Positions 49,270 through 62,854 are shown, counted from the whole stretch's first letter. The stretch is 63,999 nucleotides of DNA, filler included, from Sphacelaria rigidula (GCA_964200075.2; 3 parts of 3 records of this genome joined end to end with filler, not necessarily neighbours in it); one strand, 5' to 3'. The notes: generated by a model from the sequence alone, not told the origin. Numbers and translations are program-made.

Positions 49270-49537
49270 CCCGATGGTCAGCTACGGTAGAATGTCTTCG
49301 CTTCGAATCCCGACAAAGACAGCCTTTTTGAACAGAGTTCCCTTCTTGATGAGCGTGAAGGCGCGACTAGCAAATGAAATTCGAGATGAATCGATCCAAG
49401 GGCTGCGGGAATGTTGATCCAATCCTTGACGCCAAAGTGTCGGACAAGTACCGCGGGAGAGAGAGAGGGATGGGTTGATCTCTCCAGACAGCGGACTGGT
49501 CCCAAAGAGGGAGGGGATTCAAAGTGTCATGAAAAAG
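49270..49537 (+). mobile_element. Degenerate SINE related to 46303-46605
   Basis: TTCGAATCCCG B-box remnant. Shared GATGGGTTGATC...CGGACT..TCCC...GGGAGGGG.TTCAAAGTG 3' end. Confidence 0.6.
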
Positions 49538-49923
49538 GAGCGAAGTTGTGGTTTGCATGGGGCGTCGAAACTTACAAACTTTTCGCAAATAAATTTCCAA
49601 GTGGCCCGTATGGCGATAATGCCATGTCGTCATGGCATTGTGTACTCTCACGTTCGTTCGCTAGCCCGTAGCAGCATTGTGTGCTCCTGAGCATTCAAGC
49701 GCAATTGCGCAATTGCGCTTTTTGAAGTAGCTTCTGCTTTTCTTGTTTGAGGTGTGAGAGAATCGGGCAAAGGGTTGGACATTACTCCATTGATGACTGC
49801 ACTCCTGTTATTTTTTTTCTAAGGTCGGGTGTATTTGGTTCGCCTGTCTGCCACTCATGACTTTACGAGTGACAGACACCTAAATTTTTGTTGATTTTGG
49901 AGATTCCTCATCGCAACTGCTAT

Positions 49924-51671
49924 AAGTGCGCCTGACCCCCCAAAATGGGCAAAAAACGTTTCACCGACCAAAAGCACGAACAGGCCGGAGATCTCGTTCA
50001 TCCCCTGATTATACACGCCGTAAAATTCCACAAAGTACTTTTGATTTAAGTGGGGCTTCCACTTGACAACTTCCCATTTTCGTCGCCCCGGACAACGAAC
50101 CACGGCGTGCCTCGGCTACTCACCGGCGTGAATTAGTCCAAGCTACAATCTGACAACATTGTGGAACCAAAGGAGTTGTGGTGATCGAGAAAATCGCAAA
50201 AAACACATGTTTCCCCCACTTGATTTGTTATAAAACCTGAATCCCAATGAGATAAAACAAATTGATATATCAACTTGTAGTTGTTGTCTTGGCACAGATG
50301 ATAAAAAAAATTGCATCTCAATCGATGGCCTTGGCGATGAGTAATCCAGGTAACCGTTTGGGCTATGAGCGCAAACAAGCGCCTCCAACCCTCGCCGGTT
50401 TCCACGATATGCGAAAACCTCACGCCTGCCAAATAGCCTCAGAATAGACGTTGAACCTTCGACCGAACCCCTAGAAGCTTCTGTGACTGCGAGACATTTA
50501 CCCCCGTCTGTGCATCGCTCGTGATAGTGGCAAGAGTAGCGCTCGCTCTCCTGCACCCGGTGCCATCACCCCGCCACCATCGATAGTGAAGCTTAGTATA
50601 TAATTTCACCTGGCGGCAAGTATGGGCAAACTCTGAACTGAAGGAGAAAATACAGTCACAGAGCAAGCTGGCGTTAAAGAAGAGAGAGTAGTATCCGCAA
50701 TGGCAACACACTCCAACAGCCGTCATTAACATGATAATGAGTCGCACGAACGAAAGCAAGAACCATCTTCGCGACCTTGCAGCAGCGAAGCGAACAAGTT
50801 TTAGCACTAACCCTAACCACAACGAAGGCCTACCAAGAACCCTCGGGCAAGGCGGGTGCGACGTGTTCCCTAGGCGAAGTGTGCGTTGCCAGACCTCAAA
50901 TCGGCGCCCAGGCGCCGATTAAGACAAGAACGCTTTGTGGGCACTGGCCCAATTTTGATCTGCGTTCCCAAGAATAAATGGTTCAGCGTTCTGATTTCAG
51001 TTACCAGCGTTTGGCTACGAATGTCCATGGCTGATATTACTTGAATGGAGAATGTACAACGAGAATCGGAATTCGAGTAGGGCTGACAATCCCGCCGTGT
51101 GCTCCTCGTGTGCGCTGAACATGTTTTCGTTGAAATCGGCGCCACAGGCGCCGATTCGGGGTCTACCAAGGTAAAGGGTAGACTCTAGCTGACAATCCCG
51201 CCGTGTGCTCCTCGTGTGCGCAGAACGTGTTTTCATTAAAATCGGCGCCACAGGCGCCGATTTGGGGTCTACCAAGGCCAAGGGTAGACTCTAGCTAGAG
51301 TATTACTTTTTGCACCAAGGCCTCACTTTGTTCAGGGATTGTGTGTGCCGCCCTTGTCCGAGGCTTCTCGGTGTGCGTTGGTTTGGGTCAACCCAACTAT
51401 CCTCCAGGGATTCCACCGTATCGCAAGCGCGGACGAAAAGCGACGCAGTGGTATGCAATATATGAGGAACAGCAACGGAAGTAACGGCAGGGTTCTGATT
51501 GTAGAATGCAGTCCACCATTTTTCGATATATATTTTGGATCCATGTCGTTCTCTTCCGATGACGCAAGGCCCATTTTACCCGACGAGCCTGAATAAGCCC
51601 CAAAAGTCGATATGTTTGTGATTTTGGTCGGTGACACTTTTTTTGCCCATTTTTGGGGATCAGGCCCACCC
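49924..51671. mobile_element. Non-autonomous DNA transposon with ~58-bp TIRs
   Basis: Left GCCTGACCCCCCAAAATGGGCAAAAAACGTTTCACCGACCAAAAGCACGAACA versus right-end reverse complement GCCTGATCCCCAAAAATGGGCAAAAAAAGTGTCACCGACCAAAATCACAAACA. Confidence 0.75.
51082..51294. repeat. Two tandem 106-bp units, each with an AATCGGCGCC-nnn-GGCGCCGATT hairpin and ending CTAG
   Basis: Units start at 51082 and 51188. The same hairpin occurs at 50899-50920 and 28482-28506. Confidence 0.85.
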
Positions 51672-53204
51672 ATAACTGTAATAGAGGATCATTTGGGTGG
51701 GCCAGTGTCATGAGATGGAGAGGCGTTTATAGTATCTCCTTCCCAGACACGGAGATCATGAGATTTGTACAGATCAAAAATATTCGCGGAGAAGAACGGT
51801 CATAGGGTAGATTAGTGAGCAGATTTGTGTTCCCCCAGCCCCGAGAGGCGACAACGCCTCTGAGCTGTAGATAAAGGCTTGACCTTGCTCTTGCCTATCT
51901 TCACCACTCTTGGCTAGGATCTTCAGCATCAACCGCTACTTGCCTTTTGGTGATTACGAGTGAAAGCTAGGAGCGAGAGCCGCCAACTTGATACAAGATG
52001 AGAACAAGCTTTTTGTTTGATACTAGGTATGCAAACCTACTGTGCGGATAGAGGGTCGAATCGATATTTGTTGTTGATCTGTCCCATCAGAAGACTGCAC
52101 AAGGAGGGTACAAGATATTGTATCCAGCTATCTTTTCGACTATAGTCGTTGTACGGCCATGTCGCTGCATCATTGCCCACATCCTCACGACCTAATACTC
52201 GCTTACACACACCAATGATCGGAGTTAGCTGCCCTGCGTGATGTTACCTACACACATGCTGGAGCAGGCTACCAATTTCAGCACATTGCGTGAACCGCCA
52301 CGTTCATGCTGCTACCCGTGGCGGCTAGTCTCATTTTTGCTCATCATTCGCACCCTTAATATATGGTAGGCTGCTCCAGTGAGCACGTCAATATTCTATG
52401 CAAGGAGACTCACTCCAACTATTGGTTCATATTGCGAGTTGTAGATCGTGAGGGAAGGGCTACGACGAAGCGGAAGGCAGGACAAATTACCAAACGAGCC
52501 ACGGGCCGCATGAACAATTTAGTAGAAAATACGTCTTGGGCGATGTTCGAGTCGTGTAACGGCAAAGCCGGCGAACTGAAGTGGGCGTGTAGCTTGGCTT
52601 GCTGTTAAAAAGGCATACTTGTAATCGACACGTTTCAACGACGGCATGAATTCACTATTTGATTCACTATTTTACCGCTCAGGGTTGTGACGTTCTACAA
52701 AATCGAAGGCTTGACCCTTCAGAATTCCATTTTCTCTACACCGCGCGTAAAGCCGAGGTACATTGTGTACGCGTACTTTAAAATGAAATATTTTGAGAAA
52801 GAACCCTGGTGGCTATGACCCCTGAGTCCTCATCAGCCTGTACCCATGAATGTGCTCGGATTTAGCGAAATTGGAGTGACCGGGTTCTCTACAGCTTAGA
52901 ATGCAATCGCCGCATTTTTCGTTGTGCATACTTTTCATGGCTTTGCCTTTTGAACACTTGACAACCAACCTTCAAACACGCTTAATTCTCGCAAGAAAAC
53001 TCCAGGTTGTGCGGGCTTCCGCGCTGGGATGCGCGGAATCCTGGCGTCTTATCCTCTGCCTTGGGAAGAGCAAGCAACACAGCCTCCCAGTTCCGTATAC
53101 ACGTTTTCACTACACGTGACCTTTCACGCGTGCTCAGCAGAGACTACCCTACAACCTTGCCCGAACCATACCGTATGTGTATCTCAATGCGTTACCTCTC
53201 ACAG

Positions 53205-56200
53205 CTCGATTTGGGAGCGGAGATAGTTCACGGAGACAACACATCGCTGTATGAACTCATCGAGAGCAAGCAATGGGAGATGGAAGAGATCATTACGTTG
53301 GCGCAGGGCGACGGCGGTCCTGATTCTGCGGAGTCCAACGATGGTTTCGGGCTGTTCTACGTTGCAAGTGAAGATCGCATGCTTGCAATGGACTCGAAGG
53401 TGTGCCTGACCCACGCTAGTTACATGTAATGCCCGGGTATGTTGTTCCTACGTACTCGTCGTCAGCCGTAGCTAGGGCAGTTTAAGCTCCACATAGGTCT
53501 CCCGCCGCTTAGCTGGTGTAGTCGGCAACCATCAATTATTCAACCTATCCCCGTCGAGACCGTGCCAGCTACAGTGCTGCACGCTGGCTTAGCACGAGCA
53601 TGATTGTGTCGATGGGGACAAAATCCGAATTCTGCCCATCTATTGCAGGACCCCGGGTATATTCATCTCAACAACTATTTCGAGAGCCTGGGCAGCTTGT
53701 CGCCCTCCGTCAAACGTGAAAACAGACTCGCCTCTATGTCCGAGACCTCAAAAAGCAACAGCAGCACATCGGAATTATCTGCAACGGGAGCACCAGCGTC
53801 ACCAGCGTCAAGATCATCGTCAAGCGATGAATGCGCCAGTGACAGCCTTGCACTAGGAAGAAAGGGATCTCGGTCTTTCTTGGATGGGCTATTGGAAGCA
53901 GGCGTGAAAGAGCCGATGCTCGGCATCGCAAGGGCAGGGTACGCCAACACTGTGGGGGCCGCGCTAGAGGATACCGGGCTAGGAGGCGTTTGTTATTGTG
54001 AGAGCGAGTGGGATGTGGACGGGGATCGCACTTTCATAGTTAAGGTGATATCCCCATTCCGCTGTAACAATAGCGCTGCTGACGAAGAACTTGTGGAAAT
54101 GTCTACTTTCGTCTCGATGATAACCGATGTCCCCCTCGGGAGAGAAGCACGGTGCGTCCAGCTGTATTGATGGAGTGCCTGGTTGTCGTGGAGTTGCCTC
54201 TCACTCATCGTCTAAAATGGCGTTCAGGCTGCACACACTGCTGTGACCGTATCTAAAGGTCTGTTGTACTTGGTAACTCCGAAAGTGCTCCTGTGACAGC
54301 ACGCGGTAGGCTACAATCGCAAAGGATGCCGACTGAAAGATGCGGACCAGAAGGTCGTCTGAACTCAAAACTTTGTCGTACAACAAATAAGTGGTTTCTA
54401 TTTGAGATCCGCGAGTGTTTTTGCCGCGTTGTCCCTTTGTTTTGTCTCGCCGTCTATCATCTATCACACGTTTGCTGCGCTTCCCCCGTGTCTGCTTGTG
54501 TGCGCAACAGGGTGGCTTAGGGCTCGTGGTCGACGAGCTGGCTTCCGGAATCAGGAGGTAGGGGTCTGTCGGTCGTCCTTGAACTGCCTCACCTCTAGAA
54601 TGTGGCGTAGTAGGTGATATGAAGAGCTGCGTGGGCTAGCATTATTGTTCTTAAGTATGCTGTTGTGTGTAACATGTCAACCAAGAGACATGGTCGTCTG
54701 GTTTGAGGGCTGGGCAACTCGAGTATACCGTGCAATACTTGCGCCATCGTTCTTAAGGGGGGTGCAAATGCTATGGGTGGTAATGTACACCCATTGGCCT
54801 CTCCGCTTCTTCTCCCGTTAGGCTTGAAATTCCTTCCTTCCTCCCTTCCTTCCCGCGGTACCAGTCTGCGATGTTGTCCAGGAACCAGTACATATTTCCC
54901 CAAGAACATTCCTGACGTTTTGTTATCGAGGACTGGATCATGACTATCAGCTCTCCCGCATCCCGTAGACTCTCGTCGATATTTCATCGCTACGAGTACC
55001 CCCTTCCCCACGCTTTCAAAACTGCAAAACAGATTGTACTCGAAAAGAGCACATCTGCCGAGATGCAATTATTCTCCCTACGTTCACACTGAACTGACCA
55101 TGTCGCGGTGCGGTTGCTACAAAAAATAGCACCGAAGGTGGGGCTCGAACCCACGACCACAAGATTAAGAGTCTTGCGCTCTACCGACTGAGCTACTCCG
55201 GCTTTCTTGCAGAACTTGAGTGCATTGCTCGAAATCTACAAGACAAGTACCACACGGCACTTCAGAGGCATTGGCGGCTTCATGGCGCTTGATCTCTCTA
55301 CAAAATGCCATGCCTGCAAGGCGCTTAAAAGATGCTGCTTGAATCGATTTTCCAAATCAATCGGATCCGCCTTGTTTTTCACTATCTGCGCAGCTGTATC
55401 CAAACCAGCTGGCCTGCAGCAAAGGTGGACTATGGTACACCTGGACGTGTACTTGTGACGTGCGAAGATGGTCGCACAGAGCAAGGGACTCACTTGGTCA
55501 GCACGCTGCCACTCTCCGTCATGCAGGATGGGGTGAGCAGCCATTGTTTTCGCATCTAGAACTCGGTTCCGCCGTTTGGTTTACACAGAGGGTAAAGCGG
55601 TGTCCTGACTCACTATGTAGCCTGGTGCTGAGTGGATGCCAGTGTGCGTTTTGCGGATTCAACAACCGAAGTATGTACACGTGGTCGCATTTTGTGTCCT
55701 TGTCGCTGTCAAACGGTGTGAAATGCTCTCAGGGCGCAATCGAGGCAATGAAATCCACGCGTAGACGAGGGGTCTGGCGGCTGCTCACAATACGAGAGAC
55801 CCCTTCAGGGATTGGTTTGTCCCTACTAGTTGGCCCACCTGTTGATCTTCTGGGATTGTAAAACACCGGTGACACCCGCACAACCCCGTCGCTGCTAACG
55901 TCGAAAATATTTGTATTTGCCGTTGCATATCCTTGTCAACCCCACCTCTCTGAAGGACGTCGAGTTTTCGCCTCCTTTGCCGGAGACAAACATGAGGGCA
56001 TTGAACAAAATGGGCATGTGCAGCGTTTCGAAGGTGATTCTGAAGTTCGATCAGCAGGTGCTTCCACCGCTCTTGCACGGCTGCATTTCTTCCGACAGCT
56101 TTATCCCAGAGTTCTGGTTCAGGTGTGAAACGGTGACCGTCTGGTGTTTGGTGTTGTACAACCTCCGGGCTCTCCATGCCCGGTTCCGAGTGTTTTGTTT

Positions 56201-57708
56201 TTCTTGCCACGTTATCGAAATTTTTACTTCATTTGGCGAAATATCAAAACTGATGGTGGAAGAAATCAACCGTGGATCGCGTTCGCCATGGTGACGTCAT
56301 CGCTCACCTCTTGCGCAGTTTTCCGGTTTCTTCTCCATTATGTCCAGACAGCTTTTCAGACAGTGTACCAGAATAGCATTCCAGACAACAGCCAAGGATG
56401 TTTTCCCGGTTTTCGACAAAACATATCGCCTTTTCATCAACTGGTCATGTCTTTGTCGTGCATACTCGTACTCCAAAGAAGAGTGTTACACATATCTGCA
56501 CCCGAAAGGTCAAGAAAATACGGCAGGGTCCGGTGTCCTCTGTCCATCTCCAATTCCCATGATCGAAATCCGCGCTGAGCCCTCTCGTTGCTACCCCTGA
56601 AAATTGCTCGTCTCGCTCTTGCTCCGCATCAACTCGGTGTGGCAACACCCGGCCATTGTGTAGGCATCTTCCCAATACACCTGAAGGCGGTTACACGGTT
56701 CTCGCAGTAGGCTTCGCTGCCGGCCCCCCCGCCGACGCGATATCGGCACTACCGCAAGAGGAAGCTTTGCAGAAGGCCTTGCAGCAGCTCGATACCATGT
56801 TTGGCGGTAGGGATTGGCTGGTGGATTGCGGTGGATGCACTGGCAAGGGCGACTGGGAAAACCACAAATCGTCGGCACAAACAACTTCAAGACAAGCCGA
56901 TGATGACAACAGCACATCAAACTGCGAATTGAAATGGAAGCACTCCGGCAGAAATGACCAGGATGTTGTTGGTGCTGCCCGTAAACAGACTGTGGTACCC
57001 GGAATGCTGCCCAGCGATTGTTACGGGGGTGGCCTGGTGCATAGTTGGGCAGATGAGCGGTTTGTGCGCGGGGGATACTGCTATCCAAGGCTGGATTTTG
57101 ACGAGAATACTTTTGCTGATGCTGCGTCTTCAGTGGAAAACAGGCTTTTTTTCGCCGGAGAGCATACAAACATCCCGATGGGGGGGAGCTTGCATGCTGC
57201 CATGGATTCAGGAGACAGGTAACCAACAGTTTTCCCTTTAGGTGGTCTCAAATATATATTTTCCCGGCTGTGACATCACATATCCCGCTACACAAATGGA
57301 ATCACAATGGCTCACGTCACTTTGATGGGTATCTTTGTTACCTATTGCATGTGTTGTCAACCACTCAACTCTTTTTGGGGTGGGACGATTCGCGATGGAG
57401 ACTTGCGGGTATTTTGACGCGACTTGCTTCGCCCATCTGTGTCTTCAGCAGTCGAAAATTCCAAAACATAGTTTCGTCCTGATTATGGCAGTCAACCTTC
57501 CCATAACAGAGTTTGGTCTCCATTACTAGGATCGATCGTCGGAATGACCGAACAAGCGTGGAATGCAATGTCTCGTGGGTTTGACTTGATCAATTTACCT
57601 GTGACTGCTCGTCTGCCGACTAATACGACATATAAACGACCATCATGACCCGGGAGTAGGGCCGCATTGGAGGTGGCGACGTCAGTGAAAGCCAAGCAAG
57701 AGAGATGA
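53205..57708 (+). CDS. Flavin-containing amine oxidase (polyamine oxidase / LSD1-like Amino_oxidase family), 5'-incomplete
   Basis: Exons: 53205-53399, 53649-54044, 54511-54557, 55394-55532, 55956-56122, 56664-57218, 57660-57708 (TGA). All introns are GT-AG and in phase. Motifs: LDLGAEIVHG, GGLGLVVDELA, VSTLPLSVMQ, VEFSPPLP, VSKVILKF, SWADERFVRGGY, RLFFAGEHT..SLHAAMDSGDRAA. Confidence 0.9.
55130..55202 (-). tRNA. tRNA-Lys (anticodon CUU)
   Basis: GCCGGAGTAGCTCAGTCGGTAGAGCGCAAGACTCTTAATCTTGTGGTCGTGGGTTCGAGCCCCACCTTCGGTG. 73 nt with a full cloverleaf, CAAGA/TCTTG anticodon stem, CTT anticodon and a downstream T6 Pol III terminator. Confidence 0.96.
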
Positions 57709-59539
57709 GGCAAGGAGCTTTCGACAAACGCAAGCGCTGTGGGGAGCAAAGCTGTCGGCGATGGCGACTCGGCGGATACAAGCTCAATTGAGCGTGTCTC
57801 CTCTACTGACGATAAACTCGCTGTTAGTATCTAATTTCGGAAGCACTATCGGCACTGCTACAATAACAACATCCCATGTGTTGGATAACGGTATATTACG
57901 TGTTAGACAGTCGAAAATAGCGTTAGTAAATGTCTGAAGAAACAGATGTGTCATGTATGCTGCATGCAAAGGCAATATCCGACTTCACGAAGTGTTTCGA
58001 AACCTCTCAGTAGATGCTTTTTTTCAAATAAGACGTTGAGAAAAGTTTGTGCCTGGGTACGCCGGTTCGATTGACCGCTGAATCTCGATCGATGATGACG
58101 GTGGTTTTCACGCATACTCCTACAAAGACTGCTGTTACACTAGTGTCAAGACTAATGGGAGACTACTGTTAGCGTCATGTCTCGTTTCGCCCATGAGTTT
58201 CCCAGGATTGTGCCACACGGATCGGTTCAATGGTTACTGTCGTAGTAGCCTTGATGGTAGTAGTGTGAGAGGTGCTTTTACCTGCTACTGTGAAGTCGTC
58301 GCAAGTAGCATGCTTAAGTCAAATTCGCGTCTGTAGCCCGTCCCTATATATTTCCCCCATCCAGCAGAAGTTCTTCGTCTGGGCCTACCTCACAGCGCAC
58401 AGCGTTCTCTCCTCAGGAGAGGACCGATGTGACACGGCGTTTGTGCCGTTTGCTGTTTCGTGCTTGCAAGCGCCGCGGGTGTGCGATACAGTAGCAGGGT
58501 AGCGAGGTTGGAAGTATGTAGTCATCATCTTTGTCATTTGTACACCATATCTGGCGGCTAGAGTTGTCGCTGTGTAGTGTAGCTCGGGCAAGTTCATGTG
58601 TCCATATGCTGCTCGTATTTGCTGTCAGATCTTGAACGAGCAAGCCCGAGCGTTGGTCTGCCTAGGTGTAAGGTGGGACTGCATAAGTCGATCCCCGAAG
58701 TATTGAGGGGTTCACCGTGTGATGCCTCATGTAGTTGTGTCTGGATATCCCCTCGAGTAGTGCGCGGGATGGGAGTGCAGGATGCTCCACACATTCCGTG
58801 AGGCCGCTGCTCTGGGTATCGTGCTTGAGCTGCGGTGGCTTGGCGGTTCCATGTGTAGGGATGGGCGCAGAACAATTTTTTTGTCGTGCGCCAGAGTGCT
58901 ACCCTCTCTGTTGTTTGAACGTTTCTAATATGCGGTACGCGTACCTCCTGTGGAGTACTTGGCAGCTTCTCTCGAGTCGTGTTAACTACAAGCATCCAAC
59001 ATACATGCATTTAAGTAGCAGTTCTTTTCACACAGCGCTTCGTTGGACCCTCGGATGAAGATCTAGATCGGGGGACAGGAAGAGTAATTTGACAATCAGG
59101 AGTCGTAGCTTTTATCCGAAAAATATATACCCCTTCTCCCATTCCCTCCCTTTTCAGGGGGACGGAAAGAGGGTGTATAGGTGGTTTTGAGGGCAACTGA
59201 CTCCTGTGCTGGCGGTCGGGCTACTGACTAAGCCTTGACACTGGAGCAACGGGAGGTTAAGGAAGGTCTGTGTGTATTTTGTTGCTTTCCTTGTGGAGTA
59301 CAGCGATATTACTATTGCGCCCACGATGACCAGCAGATTGTCCCCACGTCAGCGAGACATTTGTTTATTTTCTCGATGGTAGCCTGGTGCAAATGTGAAT
59401 GTGGTGGGCAGTAGCACAGTAACATGCGAAGCATCTTCCTTCCCCGCCGCCGCCTCTGCATGTTTTTAGTAAAGCGGACTTTTGTGGTCGATGTTTTTGA
59501 AATATCAGGTTACAAGCGTCCTCATCTCCCCTCCTATCC

Positions 59540-59845
59540 GCCTCTTCTCTTTCCTTCCCTTTCCTTCCCTTTCCTTTTTCCCCTTTGCTTGTGTCTTGTT
59601 TTTTTGTTGTGTTCCCGGTTTGTTGTGTTTTTTTCTTGGTTTGGTTTGGTTTGGTTTGGTTTGGCTTGGCCTTATTTTGTTCTGGCATTTCCTGTTACGT
59701 TGTGTTTTTTCTTCATCTTCCCCTTTCTGAGAGGCTCGTTCTTGGATCCTATCATCCTTGGGCCCTTGTAGCGACGCCTGACCGTGCCGTGCCGTGCCGT
59801 GCCTTGCCTCGCCTTGCGTTGTCTTGTCTTGCTTTTTCCTGTCCT
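59540..59845. repeat. Low-complexity pyrimidine tract with (TTTGG)n and (CCGTG)n pentamer repeats
   Basis: Read directly, around 59635-59670 and 59782-59815. Confidence 0.85.
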
Positions 59846-61149
59846 GACTTCTTCGGTATGTCAAACTAAATAGTTTCCCTGTTTCGGCCTCTTGGCCTCT
59901 CATGGCCCGCGTACCATGTAGCCGACTTTTGTTTTTGTTCTAGTCCGTTATTTCGATTAATTAGTACGTGTATTTTTTGTATTTCATGGCTTCGCTGACG
60001 TGTTTCTAGAACCTCGCCCTTCGGGACGCCGTGTATTCATGTTCATGGGCATATGATGTATTTCCCCCGTGTATTCTGTACTACACTATTAATATTGTGC
60101 ATGGCTTTGTGACCATGGGCGCTTTCTGAAAAACGGGTAATGCGAGGAACAACTCTTGGCTTCAACACGTTTTTTTTAATGCCAAAGGTTCGTCCACACA
60201 TTCAGTGTGCGGGAATCTGCAGCCACGTAATTCAACAGCGGTGTGTGGCCCTTCAATGTCGTGCGGCAATAATATCTTTGTTCATTCTCCAAGGTTTTGT
60301 GTGGGATCGATACTAGGTCTGTTTTTGCCTCCAAATTCATGTACAAACTCTTGATATGGGAGATGAGTGATGAACCTTTTTGGCAATGAAAAGTCCCTCG
60401 TCAAGGCGGTAGACAGTACATATATTTTGGCCGCATCGGGAAGTGAGACCCCGCCTTATTATGCTCTTCTCTTCCTCCAACCATGAGATATCCTAACCTT
60501 CACGAAAACGATCCTGTGCGAAGATTCTTCGACGTACATCGAACACAAGCATGATGGCACGAGTATAGGTCGCAAGTGTGAGCGTTCAGAGAGGGCTCCA
60601 GCCGCAAGAATCGGGTGGATTCGTATACATTGTGCAGAGGGAAGCCCGCGAGGACTCTAAAGCCTTGGTCACCATCGTTCTTCATTGGGCGTTCGTGAGT
60701 GATGCCACGGTAGGGATGCACTTTTGGGAGCAAAACTTGTCTAAGGCTGCACACTAAGGCGCATCTATTTATCATCGAGGGGCTCCTACAGCAAAGAGCC
60801 TAGAAAAAAATAAAAGGGCGCCCCTACCGTGGCGTTGCTCTTTCGGTGCGATATACGTGACGCCAGCTTACATACTGTTCGACTTCCATGGACCCGGATG
60901 GGAACTGCACGTGATCCAGGAACCGAGCGTAGTTTTCGTCGAATATGTATATTTCGAAGTATATATGTATCGCTATTCTACATGAGAACAAATAAGGCCG
61001 TTTGGTTCTCGTCTAAGACTAAAGTCAGAATTGCCAGCTGACCTACTGAAAGTATCGTTTATCCAGTTTCACTGAGAAATCGGCCAACCTGCCGTCATGT
61101 TGATGTTGATGCTCACCTTTGTCCTTTGCTCTATTTAAGACTGATCTAC

Positions 61150-61500
61150 CAGGGCATTGCAAGAAGATAAGACCCTTGCGCTGGAGCAGTTTCCCGTCTT
61201 CGTCCTTGATGTACTGCTCGCGCTCTCGATTGTTCTCACTCACCTCCAACCTCCTTGCAGATGCCCGTGTCAGCCTCTCAAAATGTCCAACTCGGATATG
61301 CCCCATCCTTTCGTATATCCCTTCTTCGCCTCCTCATCCACTCTGCTCGCGGGGTACTCCATGCAGGGTTACTTCTTGGCCGTGTTCGTATCGCAAACTT
61401 TGTCCCTTCTCTTTCGTCCCTGGCCTCCTTAAACACGGCTTGGATAGCAACATCCTCGAACCACCTTCTGTACACGGGATGGTCGGCGGTTCTGCGCTGC
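61150..61500 (-). mobile_element. LINE ORF2 fragment (endonuclease-RT linker)
   Basis: EQYIKDEDGKLLQRKGLI resembles the linker of RTE-type LINE ORF2 as I recall it. Frameshifted. Confidence 0.55.
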
Positions 61501-62152
61501 GTCCTCTTCCGCCTTGAAGGGCATGATCACCCACCACCCTAATGGTGCTGGTGGCACTGAAAGAAGTAATCATACCATGGCTCAAATCTTGTCGGTGATC
61601 GTGAACGACCACAAAAATGAATGAGTACACCTCTTCCATGGGATACTGACACGAAATAGTTCGGATAATGTGCAGACACTGTACTCGCTCCAAGCACTTC
61701 CCAGTGGAAGTTTTCCTCGACCGCGAGTCAGCGTTTTCGAGCCATACAAACGATGACTACCACGGCGTAGATCAGGATCCGATACTCTACCATACACTGG
61801 CGCGCTCAAGGCAGCGCGAAACTTACACACTGGTCCATGGGCAAGACGTGATTAGATATTAGTGCATCGCAAGAGCGAACGGCACCCTTTATACGACCTC
61901 GTGCACAAGTGCCCGATCTGAAAGGTGGACTATCGAGTATGGATCGTCACGCTACCAACGATGTGGTTCTAAGGACGGATTTTTCACCCAGTTGGACAGA
62001 ACAGCCGATCAAAAACATTGTGAGGATGGAGCTTGTTGATGAGGACGAGGAAGCCCCGGAACGGTGCGCGGAAAGTGCCCATGTTATACCGTGTTTGTGA
62101 TCCGAAAATATTCCGGTAGTTGCGAAGGGCATCGCAACGATTTGGAAGCCGA

Positions 62153-62854
62153 CTCGACCAAGTTGGCCGTGCACTGGGGGGAGCGCGGCAATGGTTTGTC
62201 ATGAACGCGATTCCAAACAAGTTGATAGCGCACCGGGGGGGGGGGGGGGGCGTCGGTTTATCATGATCTTCCATCGATACAAAACATCCTCTCTCCCTTA
62301 CGTGGGTTGCTAGTGAGCAAATTGAGTTTGTGTTGCTAATGAGCAAAAATACGGTCGCCATGATGTGGTCTGTTCCGGTACACGCCATGATCTCTACTTT
62401 GGGTTCTCTATACCGCCGGGTACACCAGGCGGCAGCTCTTTCTCTCCATGATTCGTCGTGGGTGCTTTGATATATGGATGAGAAGCAGGCGAGGATAGAC
62501 GTTTGAGCTTTGATATTCGGAACAATCAACACAGGCCACTTTTCTAATCGAGATGGCAGTGGGAGTTCGCGCAGAGAGAGGGAAGTCGGCCACGCGACGA
62601 GTCGTGAGAGGGAAGACAAAATCGCGTTATTGCTATAACAGACGACATCATGGCGACCGTATTTTTGATCACTAGCCACACAAACTCAATTTGCTCGCTA
62701 GCAACCCACGTAAGGGAGAGAGGATGTTTTGTATCGATGAAGGATCATGATAAACTGTCGCCGGCTCCCACCGGTGCGCCATCAACTTGATTGGGATCGT
62801 GTTCATGACAAACCATTGCCGCGCTCCCCCCAGTGCACCGCCAACTTGGTCGAG
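62153..62854. mobile_element. Foldback/MITE with ~220-bp inverted arms (62153-62374, 62637-62854)
   Basis: Arms share long exact blocks, e.g. CATCGATACAAAACATCCTCTCTCCCTTACGTGGGTTGCTAG with its reverse complement in the right arm. Confidence 0.9.
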
